Below are positions 42,019 through 57,788 of a stretch of 64,000 nt of DNA, piece by piece. The notes under the pieces were generated by a model, which was given only the letters and a program-made list of their open reading frames with translations, searched no databases and was not told where the DNA came from. The stretch lies in NCBI RefSeq assembly GCF_009914755.1, contig NC_060941.1. The stretch is one strand, 5' to 3'. The position numbers were made by a program, and so were the translations under genes. This stretch comes from the human T2T-CHM13v2.0 reference genome, Homo sapiens. The number at the start of each line of letters is the position of its first letter. Position 1 is the stretch's first letter.

Positions 42019-42419
42019 TGATCACATTTTATCTGTACTATAACCTAGAAAGGTGAAACACAGTGTATTATCCCCATTTATAGCTAGGGATCCAAACTTG
42101 TTTGCTGTCTTCCAAATGTGGGTTGCATTTTTCTGTTTCTTTGTTGTTACTCATGCTGTTTCCTTCACCTAGAATGCCCTCACTCAAAAACTCACTTGTC
42201 GAAATCCTAATCCTCTTTGAGGGCTAATCTAAGATTCTTCTCATTCCTTGAAGTTTTCTTTATTTTCCTAACCAGTTGCATCTCTCCCTGTTTTGAACCC
42301 GAGAGCATTTTGCACTTCTTATTCGATTCATTTGGCAGTCATTTGTATACTCCTCTATCCTCTCTATTGGATTGGGACCCTTTTTAAGGTTGTACCAGGA
42401 AAAAAAAACCCACAACTAC

Positions 42420-42760
42420 AACAGTAATAACTATATAACTAACTATAACTAACGTCTCTTAAACCCTTTATGCAGACTCTGTGCTAAGTACTTTGTCATT
42501 CAACATGCATCAACTTTGTGTGAAGTGCCTACAATGGCAGACACTGATTTAAGGGCTGGACATCTTACATTATTTCACTTATGCCTCACAAAAAACTAAA
42601 TGGGGTAGATGTTATTTTTAGCCCCAATTTACAGATAAGGAAACAGGCACAGAGCCAGCAGATTATATAAATTGCCCAATGCCACAAATTTAATAGGTGG
42701 TGAAGCTGGAATTTGAACGCCACCATTCTAATTTAGAACCCATGCTTGTCACTACTGCAT
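42420..42760 (-). mobile_element. MIR/L2 fragments
   Basis: CCCCAATTTACAGATAAGGAAACAGGCACAGAG..GCTGGAATTTGAAC. Confidence 0.65.
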
Positions 42761-43279
42761 GTCAAATAATTTTCTCTCATTCCCATCCCCAGGTCCTAGC
42801 AGAGTATCTTATGTATGGAAGGTCCTGATAATTATAGGATAAATGGGATTGAATATAGAAGATGAAATCCAGAGAGATGGACTTTCCTAAAGTCATAGGG
42901 CTTGTTGGGATGAAAAATCTAGAATTTAACAGTTCCCAGCTCAGGCTATTTTATCTAGGCTGCCTTGCTTATTTAAGTCATTTAGAGAAAGGGGAACTAA
43001 AGTAGCTATAAGCCTCTGTTCATGTGAGGGTTGTGGTGCCTGTGGTGAAGAAGTTAAAGATATTGTCAGAAAATTCTCGTAGCATAGGAAGTTGTGACTG
43101 AGATGGCTCGAAGTGAAACAGAAAGCAAGTTGTGTAATCTCAGTATTTGTCAGGATTTTGCTTTTCCTGACTTGCTTTGCACAGAATGTTCCCTGGATGA
43201 AAGCCCAGAAATCACCAACATTTCAGACAATGCTTTCTGAGCCTTACTCTGTTCCACATTTCATAACAGGACCCCTACC

Positions 43280-43459
43280 ATGGAGGAGACCATCAAAGAT
43301 CCCCCCACATCAGCTGTCTTGCTGGATCACTGTCATTTCTCTCAGGTCATCTTTAACAGTGTGGAGAAGTTCTACATCCCTGGAGGGGACGTCACATGTC
43401 ATTATACCTTCACCCAGCATTTCATCCCTCGTCGAAAGGATTGGATTGGCATCTTTAGA
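43280..43459 (+). CDS. CALCOCO2: CALCOCO2 exon 2 coding part (MEETIKDPPTS...KDWIGIFR; SKICH domain N-half); exon starts at 43270
   Basis: Kozak ACCATGG; acceptor cataacag|G at 43269; donor AGA|GTAAGT; SKICH DWIGIF motif. Confidence 0.97.
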
Positions 43460-44238
43460 GTAAGTGGTTAATTCAGTACCAAGTGATCAGGAACTAGAGG
43501 TGATTCTTAGTTACCTAACTGTGTGACTCTCTGTGTATTATAAGCATTTTGTATAATATGTGTTGGCAGTTTTTAAATTCTAGCCAAGCTCCACAGCACT
43601 TCTCTCTTCACACATTAATGTGTGCTGTGGGACTCAAATTTTCATTTCAGTGTCAAGCTAAAATAAGATGGCAAATCATATAATCCTCAAATTTTGTTAT
43701 GCTTTTTTTTTTGCTTTTTTCTTTTCTTTTTTTTTTTTTTTTTTTTGAAATAGAGTCTTGCTCTGTCACCTAGGCTGGAGTGCAATGGCACGATTTGTCT
43801 CACTGCTACCTCCACCTCCCGGGTTCAAGCAGTTCTCCTGCCTCAGCATCCCGAGTAGCTGAGATTACAGGTAGCTGCCACCACATCTGGCTAATTTTTG
43901 TATTTTTAGTAAAGACGAGGTTTCACCATGTTGGCCAGGCTGGTCTCAAACTCCTGATCTCAGGTGATCTGCCTGCCTCAGCCTCCCAAAGTGCTGGAAT
44001 TACAGGCGTGACCCACCACGCCTGTCCTTATTATGCTGTCAAAAACCAAATATAAATACTTGCTTCTTGTTGTTGAGATAGAGTCTTGCTCTGTCTCTCA
44101 GAGTGGAGTGTAGTTCACTGCAGCCTCAACCTCCTCCCAGGCTCAGTGATCCTCCCACCTCAGCCTTTTCAGTAGCTGGGACTACAGGTATGCAGAACAA
44201 TGCCTAACTGATTTCTTTCTTTTTTTTTTTTTCTTTGA

Positions 44239-44448
<210 letters not shown>

Positions 44449-45324
44449 TGATCTGCCCGCCTCAGCCTCCCAAATTAAATGCTTTTTACATGATCCTATT
44501 TTGAAATATTTATGTATGACTTGACTGAGATGGCTGACCTCATATGTCATTTCTGAGACTAAACATTACTTCCTTACTTGGTATGATGTTTAGTTTGTTT
44601 TGATACAAATACCTCAAATCTGGAAAGGATATTGAGGATATTGACATCCTGTATCCAAAAAGTTTATTCCTGAATAAGTGCGTCTGACTACTTTATAATG
44701 ATTTCCAAGGACTGAAAGTTTATGAGCTCTCTTAGTGACCTCTTCCAGTGTCTGATCACCCCGTCAGTTCAAGTACAGAATGGTATTTTTAAATTTTAAT
44801 TAGCTTACTCTCTATGTCCCCTTTGCCCTCCCATCCGTGTCTTTCCCTCTTATACATCTCACATACACCATAATGACAAATCTTCTTATTTCCAGAGACA
44901 AGAAATAAAGGTCAAATTTAATTAATTTACACTGCCAACTCCCAACGTCAGTGACCTTTGGTTTGACACCTCAGTATGTCATGTGCCTATTTGCCAGTGC
45001 TATTCATCCTGAAATCAGACACCATTCTCAACTGCACTGTGAAGGAGCTGTTGCTTATTTATATCCTTCATTGAATTCCTTTTCCATAATTGTTTGGAAC
45101 ATCAAGCTTATTGATGAGCAACGGAAGCTGGAGGTAACAAGACTGGTGTTTGGAGATAGGGATTGTGGCCAACCAGCAGGACACTGGCAAGTATCATGAC
45201 AGCTGTTGAGACTGCAAGGTGTTGAATCATCAGACTAAAAGGCGTGCCAACCCACCAGAGTGTTTTCTGTCTTAGAAAGAAGATGGTAGTTGTTTTTCTT
45301 CCTCATATGTAGCAAAGCGTATAG

Positions 45325-45842
<518 letters not shown>

Positions 45843-46046
45843 TACAGATCATGAAAAAGAGAATGATTCAAAAATTACTTACCAGACTTTAAAACGTAGT
45901 TTATAACGTCTTTTTTTTTTCTTTTTGGAACATCGTTATATTTCTATTTTGCTTAGACTGGTTGTATTCCCCCAAGCGCTTAGCAACCACCAGTAAAGAC
46001 TTCACCATATATCATATGAAAATCTTGGGCGTTTTTCTTTTTTTAA

Positions 46047-46418
<372 letters not shown>

Positions 46419-46507
46419 TAAAAATATTTTGTCCAGGTGCGGTGGCTCACGCCTGTAATCCCAGGAGGGAGGCCAAGGCAGATGGATCACTTAAGGTCAG
46501 GAGTTCA

Positions 46508-46798
<291 letters not shown>

Positions 46799-46890
46799 TT
46801 AATCTGAAGAAGGGCTTCTAATGTCCCTTGTCCATAAAGCTATTGACTTGAATACCTACCCTGAGGACACACTATGCTAGGCCTATGTTG

Positions 46891-46893
<3 letters not shown>

Positions 46894-46925
<32 letters not shown>

Positions 46926-46942
46926 TGCCTAATTAAATCCTC

Positions 46943-46993
<51 letters not shown>

Positions 46994-47012
46994 TGCCTAA
47001 TTAAATCCTCAC
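46894..47012. repeat. Two copies of [(TG)n + TATTGCCTAATTAAATCCTCAC]
   Basis: 22-nt unique spacer repeated exactly at 46923-46944 and 46991-47012. Confidence 0.92.
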
Positions 47013-47057
47013 AGTGGGCCAGGTGCTGTGGCTCATGCCTGTAATCCCAGCACTTTA

Positions 47058-47528
<471 letters not shown>

Positions 47529-47604
47529 TTAGAGAATGAAGAGTTGGCTGTAAAGTTTCGTCCTTTGCAGCTCACCTCAAATGCTCTCCCCAGTGTTCTT
47601 TCAG

Positions 47605-47834
<230 letters not shown>

Positions 47835-48013
47835 TAACTGGGATTATAGGCATGCACCACTGTGCCCAGTCAGTAAATATTTTTAATACATACAAATATG
47901 TTACATCTTCTCTATAGTGAAAGCCACCACCAATGATGGAGCCTAAAGCAGGAAGCAGTCTGCTTTCCTTCCCTCAGTGTATAATCCTATGCTTCATACT
48001 CTCCTTGACTTAG

Positions 48014-48085
48014 GCATTTAAATGTTTCCAAGACAAATTGGAACAAGAACTACTCAAATGGAGGAGCCAAGGACAGAAATTGCAG
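48014..48085 (+). CDS. CALCOCO2: CALCOCO2 alternative cassette exon (AFKCFQDKLEQELLKWRSQGQKLQ), 72 nt, phase 0/0
   Basis: Acceptor ctccttgacttag|, donor CAG|GTGGCT, stop-free; +24 aa fits a recalled 470-aa isoform. Confidence 0.65.
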
Positions 48086-49169
48086 GTGGCTAGAAGTTGT
48101 TTCCCTGTTCCAAGGCAGCAATAATTCTTAGGCCTTCCCAATGATATTTTGGTCACAGTGCATTAAGAAACTCCAGGATGTGAATGAGGACTCCATAAAA
48201 TTCCTGCTTCCTGTACCACCGCAGGCTGCAGTGGCTCTGAGATGCTTACAGCAATGGGGTGTGTATTAATGAGACTCTAAAACATGCCCTAGGATGTTCT
48301 GATGAGTTTTTGGTATAGACTTTTCAACCCTGCTTTGATTCCTTAATATATAAAAATGGAATTTATTTTTAGTTCTCTTCTTACTGAGCTCAGACAGGGT
48401 CAAAATATGGCAATAAATGTAATTTTGCTTCTCATTTGCTGAGTGTTGTCCCCTTGAAGACACAATAGCTTCCTTTCTATTCTCTGGTGTGCTTTTATTT
48501 TCTAGATAAGATTTGAGCAATCTTTTACCCCCTTCACATTTGTGAGAATATTTTCCACTTAGCCAGCTTTCTGCTCTGAGGCGTGTTTTGCTGCATCCTT
48601 ATGTCTTATGATTTATTGTATTCAATACCTAGAAGAGGCCTTTACGACTACCAGATTGTTGTTAATATCTTTATTACCAAAAAGCCATCATTAAGCATGC
48701 ATGAAGAAAAAAAATTATATAGACCTGGAATCTCTTATCTGGTGCCTCATAATCTAAGAACCCTGTTCTCCCTCTGCCCCCAACACAGACATTATGAAAA
48801 ATAATGGGTTTTTTTTTAATGCAGTAGTATATCCAGGTTGGTATATGACAAGGCTTAATTGGACACAATAGAGGACACACCAATAGAGAGGGCAGGTCAG
48901 AAGTGATTTCTGATTTAGAAGTCCAAAGAATGCCATTGTAAGAGGATCAGGGTTCATATTCCCGCAACTTTCCCCTTAAATCAGTCTCAGCTCTATCTCT
49001 GACTTGTAGATAGAATTTTTGGAGCTTTTTTCCTGGGTGGTGAGGAGCTAGTTTTCAAATCCTTCTAAGACTTGTATTTTGAGCTGTGTATGTGCACCCC
49101 AATTTTTGGTTGTATCAGACATTTTCCCATATGTATTTGTCATAAGTGAAAAATAAAATAAAAAATTAA

Positions 49170-49553
<384 letters not shown>

Positions 49554-49634
49554 TGATTTTAAGAAGATGTAGCCCAATTAGGATTTTCCCCAGTCCCCTT
49601 TCAGGTACTAAATAAGAACTTCTTGTCATTGCAG

Positions 49635-49737
49635 GTGGGGTGGAAGACAACCCGTGAGTATTACACCTTCATGTGGGTTACTTTGCCCATTGACCTAAAC
49701 AACAAATCAGCTAAACAGCAGGAAGTCCAATTCAAAG
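49635..49737 (+). CDS. CALCOCO2: CALCOCO2 exon 3 (VGWKTTREYYTFMWVTLPIDLNNKSAKQQEVQFK), 103 nt
   Basis: ttgcag|GTG acceptor, AAG|GTGAGA donor; SKICH VGW..YYTF.W motif. Confidence 0.97.
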
Positions 49738-49892
49738 GTGAGAAAAATACTGGATCAAAGGTGTTGAAGACAGTAGCCAAGACTAATTAATTCCCTTCAG
49801 CTTGAGCTTTCTGGGGCAGATAAAAAGATTTCCAGAATTTTACTTTTCTGAATAGATCTTATTTTGGATGAAAAATTATGTTGTGTTTTCAG

Positions 49893-50026
49893 CTTACTAC
49901 CTGCCCAAGGATGATGAGTATTACCAGTTCTGCTATGTGGATGAGGATGGTGTGGTCCGGGGAGCAAGTATTCCTTTCCAATTCCGTCCAGAAAATGAGG
50001 AAGACATCCTGGTTGTTACCACTCAG
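49893..50026 (+). CDS. CALCOCO2: CALCOCO2 exon 4 (AYYLPKDDEYYQFCYVDEDGVVRGASIPFQFRPENEEDILVVTTQ), 134 nt; contains the LC3C-binding CLIR LVV at 50009-50017
   Basis: ttttcag|CT acceptor, CAG|GTTTGT donor; end of SKICH (YQFCY..GAS.PF.F). Confidence 0.97.
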
Positions 50027-50822
50027 GTTTGTAAAACTTCTCACCTCAATCCCTTACTGCCATTACGGGTAGCAATATAGGATAGGATGGAATTTGAGTT
50101 AATAAGGCTTTATTGAATATCTAACGGGTATCATTGGAAAAAATGTATGTAGTACTCACACAGACTCACTCAGGAATGACTTCGGAATGTTAACAAGACT
50201 CATAACAATAAGTGGTTTCTTCTTTTCTAAAACTTCTTTAACTCAGCTGGCATTCAGTTATTCTTTTAACTTTCCAATTGCTTAATTTTTGTCATCTACA
50301 CATCTTATCACAATGGTAAATGTAAAAGCTCCTTTGAGGAGAGAAGCACCAAATATTCTTATCTCTTTCAGTTCTGGCCTACAGCCTGTCTGTCATACGT
50401 GAGTATTAGATTCATTTTCTTACTTCATCATTTAACAGGACACCTACTTTTCATCCAGCACTATGGTAGGCACTGGGAACACAATGAAGAATCAGTTAAA
50501 ACACTGTCCTTGGCCTCAAGGAGCTAAGTCCATTGGGAGAGACAAACAATACTAAGCGTCTGCAAGAAGAAGCTACATTCTTATATCATTGTTCCTTTTA
50601 ATTTTAATGGATATAATTTTTGCTTGCCTTTCTTGGTATTGCTGCAATTATAAAGACATACCTCTGTTATACCCTTACCTAGGTATTAAGGAGCAGCCCC
50701 CATCTGGGATACATAGGTGTCACTGCAGTGAATGGGAATCAGCCAGTCCCTCACCATCCTAACCTATGGGAATTTTCTGCTAGAGGGACTTGGAATATAG
50801 TTTATGGAATGTTCTTTTGTAG

Positions 50823-51311
<489 letters not shown>

Positions 51312-51374
51312 TGATCCACTCGCCTGAGCTTCCCAAAGTGCTGGGATTATAGGCATGAGCCACCGTCCCTGTCT

Positions 51375-52170
<796 letters not shown>

Positions 52171-52280
52171 CTAGGAAAAGGGCAGTTCTGTCTATTTTGT
52201 CCACTGTTGTGTCTGCAATGCAAGAACAGTGTCTAGTGTGGAATAGGCTCTCAGTAAATATTTGTTTAATGAACAAATTA

Positions 52281-52517
<237 letters not shown>

Positions 52518-52659
52518 TTATTTGAGTATTTCATTTACTGCTGTGTCATGCTATGCCTGACATATAGTAAGTGCTCAATAAATATTTGTTGCCTGCCTAA
52601 GATACTCATTCAAAAGTCATAGAACTAGTCTGTCCCTTTGATGTTGTTTCAATCTATAG

Positions 52660-52748
52660 GAGGAGCTAGAAACCCTACAGAGCATCAATAAGAAGTTGGA
52701 ACTGAAAGTGAAAGAACAGAAGGACTATTGGGAGACAGAGCTGCTTCA
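52660..52748 (+). CDS. CALCOCO2: CALCOCO2 exon 6 (EELETLQSINKKLELKVKEQKDYWETELL-Q), 89 nt
   Basis: tctatag|GAG acceptor, CA|GTGAGT donor. Confidence 0.95.
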
Positions 52749-53129
52749 GTGAGTGCATCCCATAATTCTGGGAGGGGAAGAGCTGCTGTACCATCAGTAC
52801 CCTTAAGTACAGTCAGATTAGATTTCTGGAATTTGTGAGAAAACACTGTTATGACATTGATGATGTGATTCTCCACCCTTTGAATCATGAATTAGAAAAT
52901 TGGTATCAGAATAGTCAGGAAAAATGATCTGATTTCAAATATTAACTTTAGGGATTGAATACTTGCAGTTTTTTGGAGTCAGGAAGCCAAAACAGGACTG
53001 CAATGGAGACTAGTAGATTTTTAAATAATTCTGCAGGCTTAGGGCCAAGCCAGCCTTAAATCACTTAAGGCCAGGGGTAGCTGACCTGGAATCAGTGAAT
53101 TTTTCACATAGTTATCTCCACCTCTACAG

Positions 53130-53199
53130 ACTGAAAGAACAAAACCAGAAGATGTCCTCAGAAAATGAGAAGATGGGAATCAGAGTGGATCAGCTTCAG
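53130..53199 (+). CDS. CALCOCO2: CALCOCO2 exon 7 (LKEQNQKMSSENEKMGIRVDQLQ), 70 nt
   Basis: ctctacag|A acceptor, CAG|GTAGGT donor; phase 2 entry matches exon 6. Confidence 0.95.
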
Positions 53200-53327
53200 G
53201 TAGGTAATGCCATATGTTTGTCAAAGGATATTTTCTTAGCCTTACCACTGCTCCAATTTGGTGGCCTAGAAAGATGTATTTCATTGCAGTGAGTGCCTAA
53301 TGGCATACTTTTCAAAGTATCACACTA

Positions 53328-53480
<153 letters not shown>

Positions 53481-53569
53481 TCACCTGAGGTCAGGAGTTC
53501 GAGATCAGCCTGGCCAATATGGCAAAACCCCGTCTCTACTAAAAATACAAAAATTAGCTGGGCGTGCTA

Positions 53570-53728
<159 letters not shown>

Positions 53729-54076
53729 TCATGATTCACAAGGAACTTAGTGATTTGTTCATGTATTACTAAGGTAGTTTACCATGAGCTCTTAATATAG
53801 ATGACAATCATCTATATCAATAATCAAACTTTAATCTTTTCAAGCAAAATCGTACTCAAAAGTCTGGAATATAGAGCAGATAGCAGAACTGCTCTCATTT
53901 TTAGGAAGCTATGCCTTAAAGAGGTGCTTTAAAGAGTGATTTGTCTAATTTTACTCAGTTGGCAGTTGGGAGTTGCTAGGGAAACACATCTCTTTGTTAT
54001 TGTACGTTAAAAAGCATTGTTCCTGTTTTGTTTTCCTTCTTTTATATCTTGGTTATGTTCACTATTTTTGTTTTAG

Positions 54077-54199
54077 GCCCAGCTGTCAACTCAAGAGAAA
54101 GAAATGGAGAAGCTTGTTCAGGGAGATCAAGATAAGACAGAGCAGTTAGAGCAGCTGAAAAAGGAAAATGACCACCTCTTTCTCAGTTTAACTGAACAG
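54077..54199 (+). CDS. CALCOCO2: CALCOCO2 exon 8 (AQLSTQEKEMEKLVQG...LSLTEQ), 123 nt
   Basis: gttttag|GCC acceptor, CAG|GTAGAG donor. Confidence 0.95.
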
Positions 54200-54496
54200 G
54201 TAGAGTCATGAGAGAAAACAACACTTTTAGGCATTTGCAAGAAAATATACGTTGTTCTTTGTATAAAGAACATTTTAATGTTCTTTAATATACCTGGATG
54301 TCACTGGCTTTAGGAAAGGGCTCAGAGGAAGCTATCTGAAATGAGATAGCTCATGGCTTTCTTCAGAAACTGACGAGAGAAGACTTGCCTCTCCCTATGC
54401 ATCCTGCTTGCTCATTAGCTTAGCAGGCCCTTCCATGGTGTGTGTGTGCATGTGTGTGTTTTCCCAGCAATGGTACTGAAATCTCTTTTTGTGCAG

Positions 54497-54583
54497 AGGA
54501 AGGACCAGAAGAAGCTCGAGCAGACAGTGGAGCAAATGAAGCAGAATGAAACTACTGCAATGAAGAAACAACAGGAATTAATG
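54497..54583 (+). CDS. CALCOCO2: CALCOCO2 exon 9 (RKDQKKLEQTVEQMKQNETTAMKKQQELM), 87 nt, followed by a GC donor
   Basis: ttgtgcag|AGG acceptor; the recalled protein continues QQELM-DENFD, placing the donor at ATG|GCATGT. Confidence 0.9.
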
Positions 54584-55249
54584 GCATGTCTGTCTTTGGA
54601 TGGTTATGTGGGAGGGAGCCTATAGGGATGTAGAAGAAAAGGATATGGGCCTATTTTCCGGTTGATGGACAGGATAAATAAGAGAGTGTTCACCTCTAGA
54701 TGTTTTGCTTTCTAGCCAAAAGGACAGAGAATCTGCCATTTATAAAATGTTTAGAAGTGGGCATTTCTAATATGTGATAAGTAATAAAGGAATATTGCAA
54801 GTTAAACTTCATGACAAGATGTAGTTAACTAGATCCTTGGACTAGGGCTCACACAGAATAACCCCTACCCTCTTCTTACAGAGTTACAATAGGGGCAGAC
54901 AAATGAATGGTTATAAAGGGCTCTACGACAGGAAAATATACCACCCAAAGCAAATCTTGTTATAATTAATATATTAGCAATTATCATCATTATCAATTAT
55001 GTAGGAATGAAAGGCTAATTGACTAATAATTTCCTGTAATATATTGTTGAAAAAGAGTCCCCATGGCGTTGACAGGTGCCTGGAAGCCCCGTTTACTTAG
55101 TTGATCCAAGGACATGAGTAATCCTGATGTCTGAGGGATATCCAGTCATCTGATTATAATTCACATCATATATGCATCATCCAGTCAACCATTGAGTACC
55201 TACTGTATCTAAGATACTGTATGCTTTAGCATGATATAGGAAAGAGTAG

Positions 55250-55565
55250 AACAAAGTTTGCAAATCAGCAGATCATAGGTCAAGGTCAGACCACAGAAAT
55301 GTTTTAGAAAGTAGTTACCAACATTTAAAAATAGGAATATTTCCCATAAAAATTTGTATTTCCAACTTCCTTTGGGAAATGAAAGGACCTAGCAACATTG
55401 AGCCCACATTCCTGTGCAGCAGCAATAGCTAGAGCTGAGTAGCTGCTGTCCCTATAGATTCTCCATCTAGCTGCAGTCTGCACTGTTTTATTGCATTCAA
55501 TTCCTTCGTTTGATTACATTTCTTGCCTGCTCTCTATAGGCACATTCCAGTTTGTGACCTCTGAT
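55250..55565 (-). mobile_element. MER102-like hAT-Charlie DNA transposon remnant
   Basis: CCAACATTTAAAAAT, CTAGCAACATTGAGCCCACATTCC, GAGCTGAGTAGCTGCTG, GTTTGTGACCTCTG. Confidence 0.55.
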
Positions 55566-55605
55566 GTAGCAAATAAATTACTGTTTTAAATGATCTATAG
55601 TCCCG

Positions 55606-56306
<701 letters not shown>

Positions 56307-56433
56307 AATTTTCTTAGTTTTCATGGAATATTTTTCAAGACCTAGGGGCTCCCCACCTGGCTGATAGCAATCCTAATTCCTCATACATCCTAAAAGGCCG
56401 CTAAATATGAGTACTGTGTATCTTATGCTTCAG

Positions 56434-56598
56434 GAGCCTAGGAACAAGAAAGCGGCACTAACTGTGGAGGAGCAGTTAGCACAAGAGGTGGAACGCCTTA
56501 AGGCAAAGGTAGAGGCCAGGAAAGCCTATTTCTTAGGGAAGTACAAAGAGTGTCAATGACTTCACAAACAGATCAGCCAACTCGGGGCGGCTGCACTG
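56434..56598 (+). pseudogene. Pseudo-exon (decayed ancestral coiled-coil exon) in CALCOCO2 intron 9: EPRNKKAALTVEEQLAQEVERLKAKVEARKAYFLGKYKECQ*LHKQISQLGAAAL
   Basis: Acceptor cttatgcttcag|G, donor CTG|GTAGGT, 165 nt = 55 codons phase 0/0, single TGA at 56557-56559; similarity to a recalled TAX1BP1 segment. Confidence 0.75.
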
Positions 56599-57692
56599 GT
56601 AGGTGACAGAGATAAGGGGGCCCAGGAAAGCAAGAGGTGCAAAGGTTAGTGGTTCTTAGACCAAGTCCAGAAAATGGTACACCCTTGTTAAGGTGAGAAA
56701 GTTATCTTTGCACTAAAAAGAGGGATGTAGTGTATGGCCAGAAACTAGCATGGGGGTCCCTGGAAATACTGGCCCCAACTTAGCCACAGGTCTCAGGGAA
56801 GGTTTTTGTAACTATCAAGCAGGTTTCTGTGCAGACTCAGAGAGCCCTTTCTTATTTCTGCCTTTTGAGGAAGTGAAGCAGGACTAGAAGAGCCATCAGG
56901 AGCCAACGGGGATGGGAAGCAAGGAGCCTGCAGTCAGCATTGTCACTGGGTAGCCCCCTCTGGCATTACTACCTCAGGGTCGGCTAGACATGCACAGCAG
57001 TTTGGGCACCAGCATTCAAATAAAAAATCTTGGATGAAAAACCACAACTAGTAGGCTTAGCTTAAGTGTGTTTGTGAGGTATGCACATGTGTATGTATGC
57101 AGGTAGAAGATGGGAAGCTCTGAAGCATGAAACCAGTTAGGTCAACCCATCACACTGGGTTGCTTATGGCCCCAGTCTGAGCTCCTTGTATCCTTGGACA
57201 AATGCCTTCCTGTGTTCCCTCTTCCTTCATGTAACTTGAGCCGAGATGCCTATTCTCACACTGTAGGAAGGAATCACACCAACCCAAACCTAAGTGCTTC
57301 AGGCTTCGCTGAGTGAGACGTTTATTCAAAACAAAGATTATTGTTTTCATGGTTAGGTGGGATTCAACAAGGTTTCATTTATCCCTAATTCTGATAAGTC
57401 AGTCTTGAGATTTTCCCCAAGGTTGCTTTTTCCCTCCTTGGTCACTTATACCCTCAGCTAAACCAAAAAAAAAAAAAAAAAAATTGGCATCTTGATGCCA
57501 GCTCAGGCCTTCAGGTGTCTTTTTAAGTCACTTTAATTTAGCACCCTGCCCATAGTACCATTTCTTCCTCCCAGTTGCGTTCTCCTCCATCTCAGTCTCC
57601 CCGCTTTGCAATGCCAGATTCTCTACAATTTCTCACCTTGTACCCAGACTGCAATATGTGATCCTAATCCTAATTTTTTTTATTGTTGACAG

Positions 57693-57788
57693 GATGAAAA
57701 CTTTGACCTGTCAAAAAGACTGAGTGAGAACGAAATTATATGTAATGCTCTGCAGAGACAGAAAGAGAGATTGGAAGGAGAAAATGAT
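57693..57788 (+). CDS. CALCOCO2: CALCOCO2 exon 10 (DENFDLSKRLSENEIICNALQRQKERLEGEND), 96 nt
   Basis: ttgttgacag|GAT acceptor with CTAAT branch candidates upstream, GAT|GTAAGT donor. Confidence 0.95.

Noticed and set aside
55040-55140. GC-richer island in intron 9 as another fossil exon
   Set aside because: Stops in all three frames, poor acceptor, no recognisable homology
57103-57135. Possible third micro-exon (RRWEALKHET)
   Set aside because: No polypyrimidine tract, and phases do not join the neighbouring candidates
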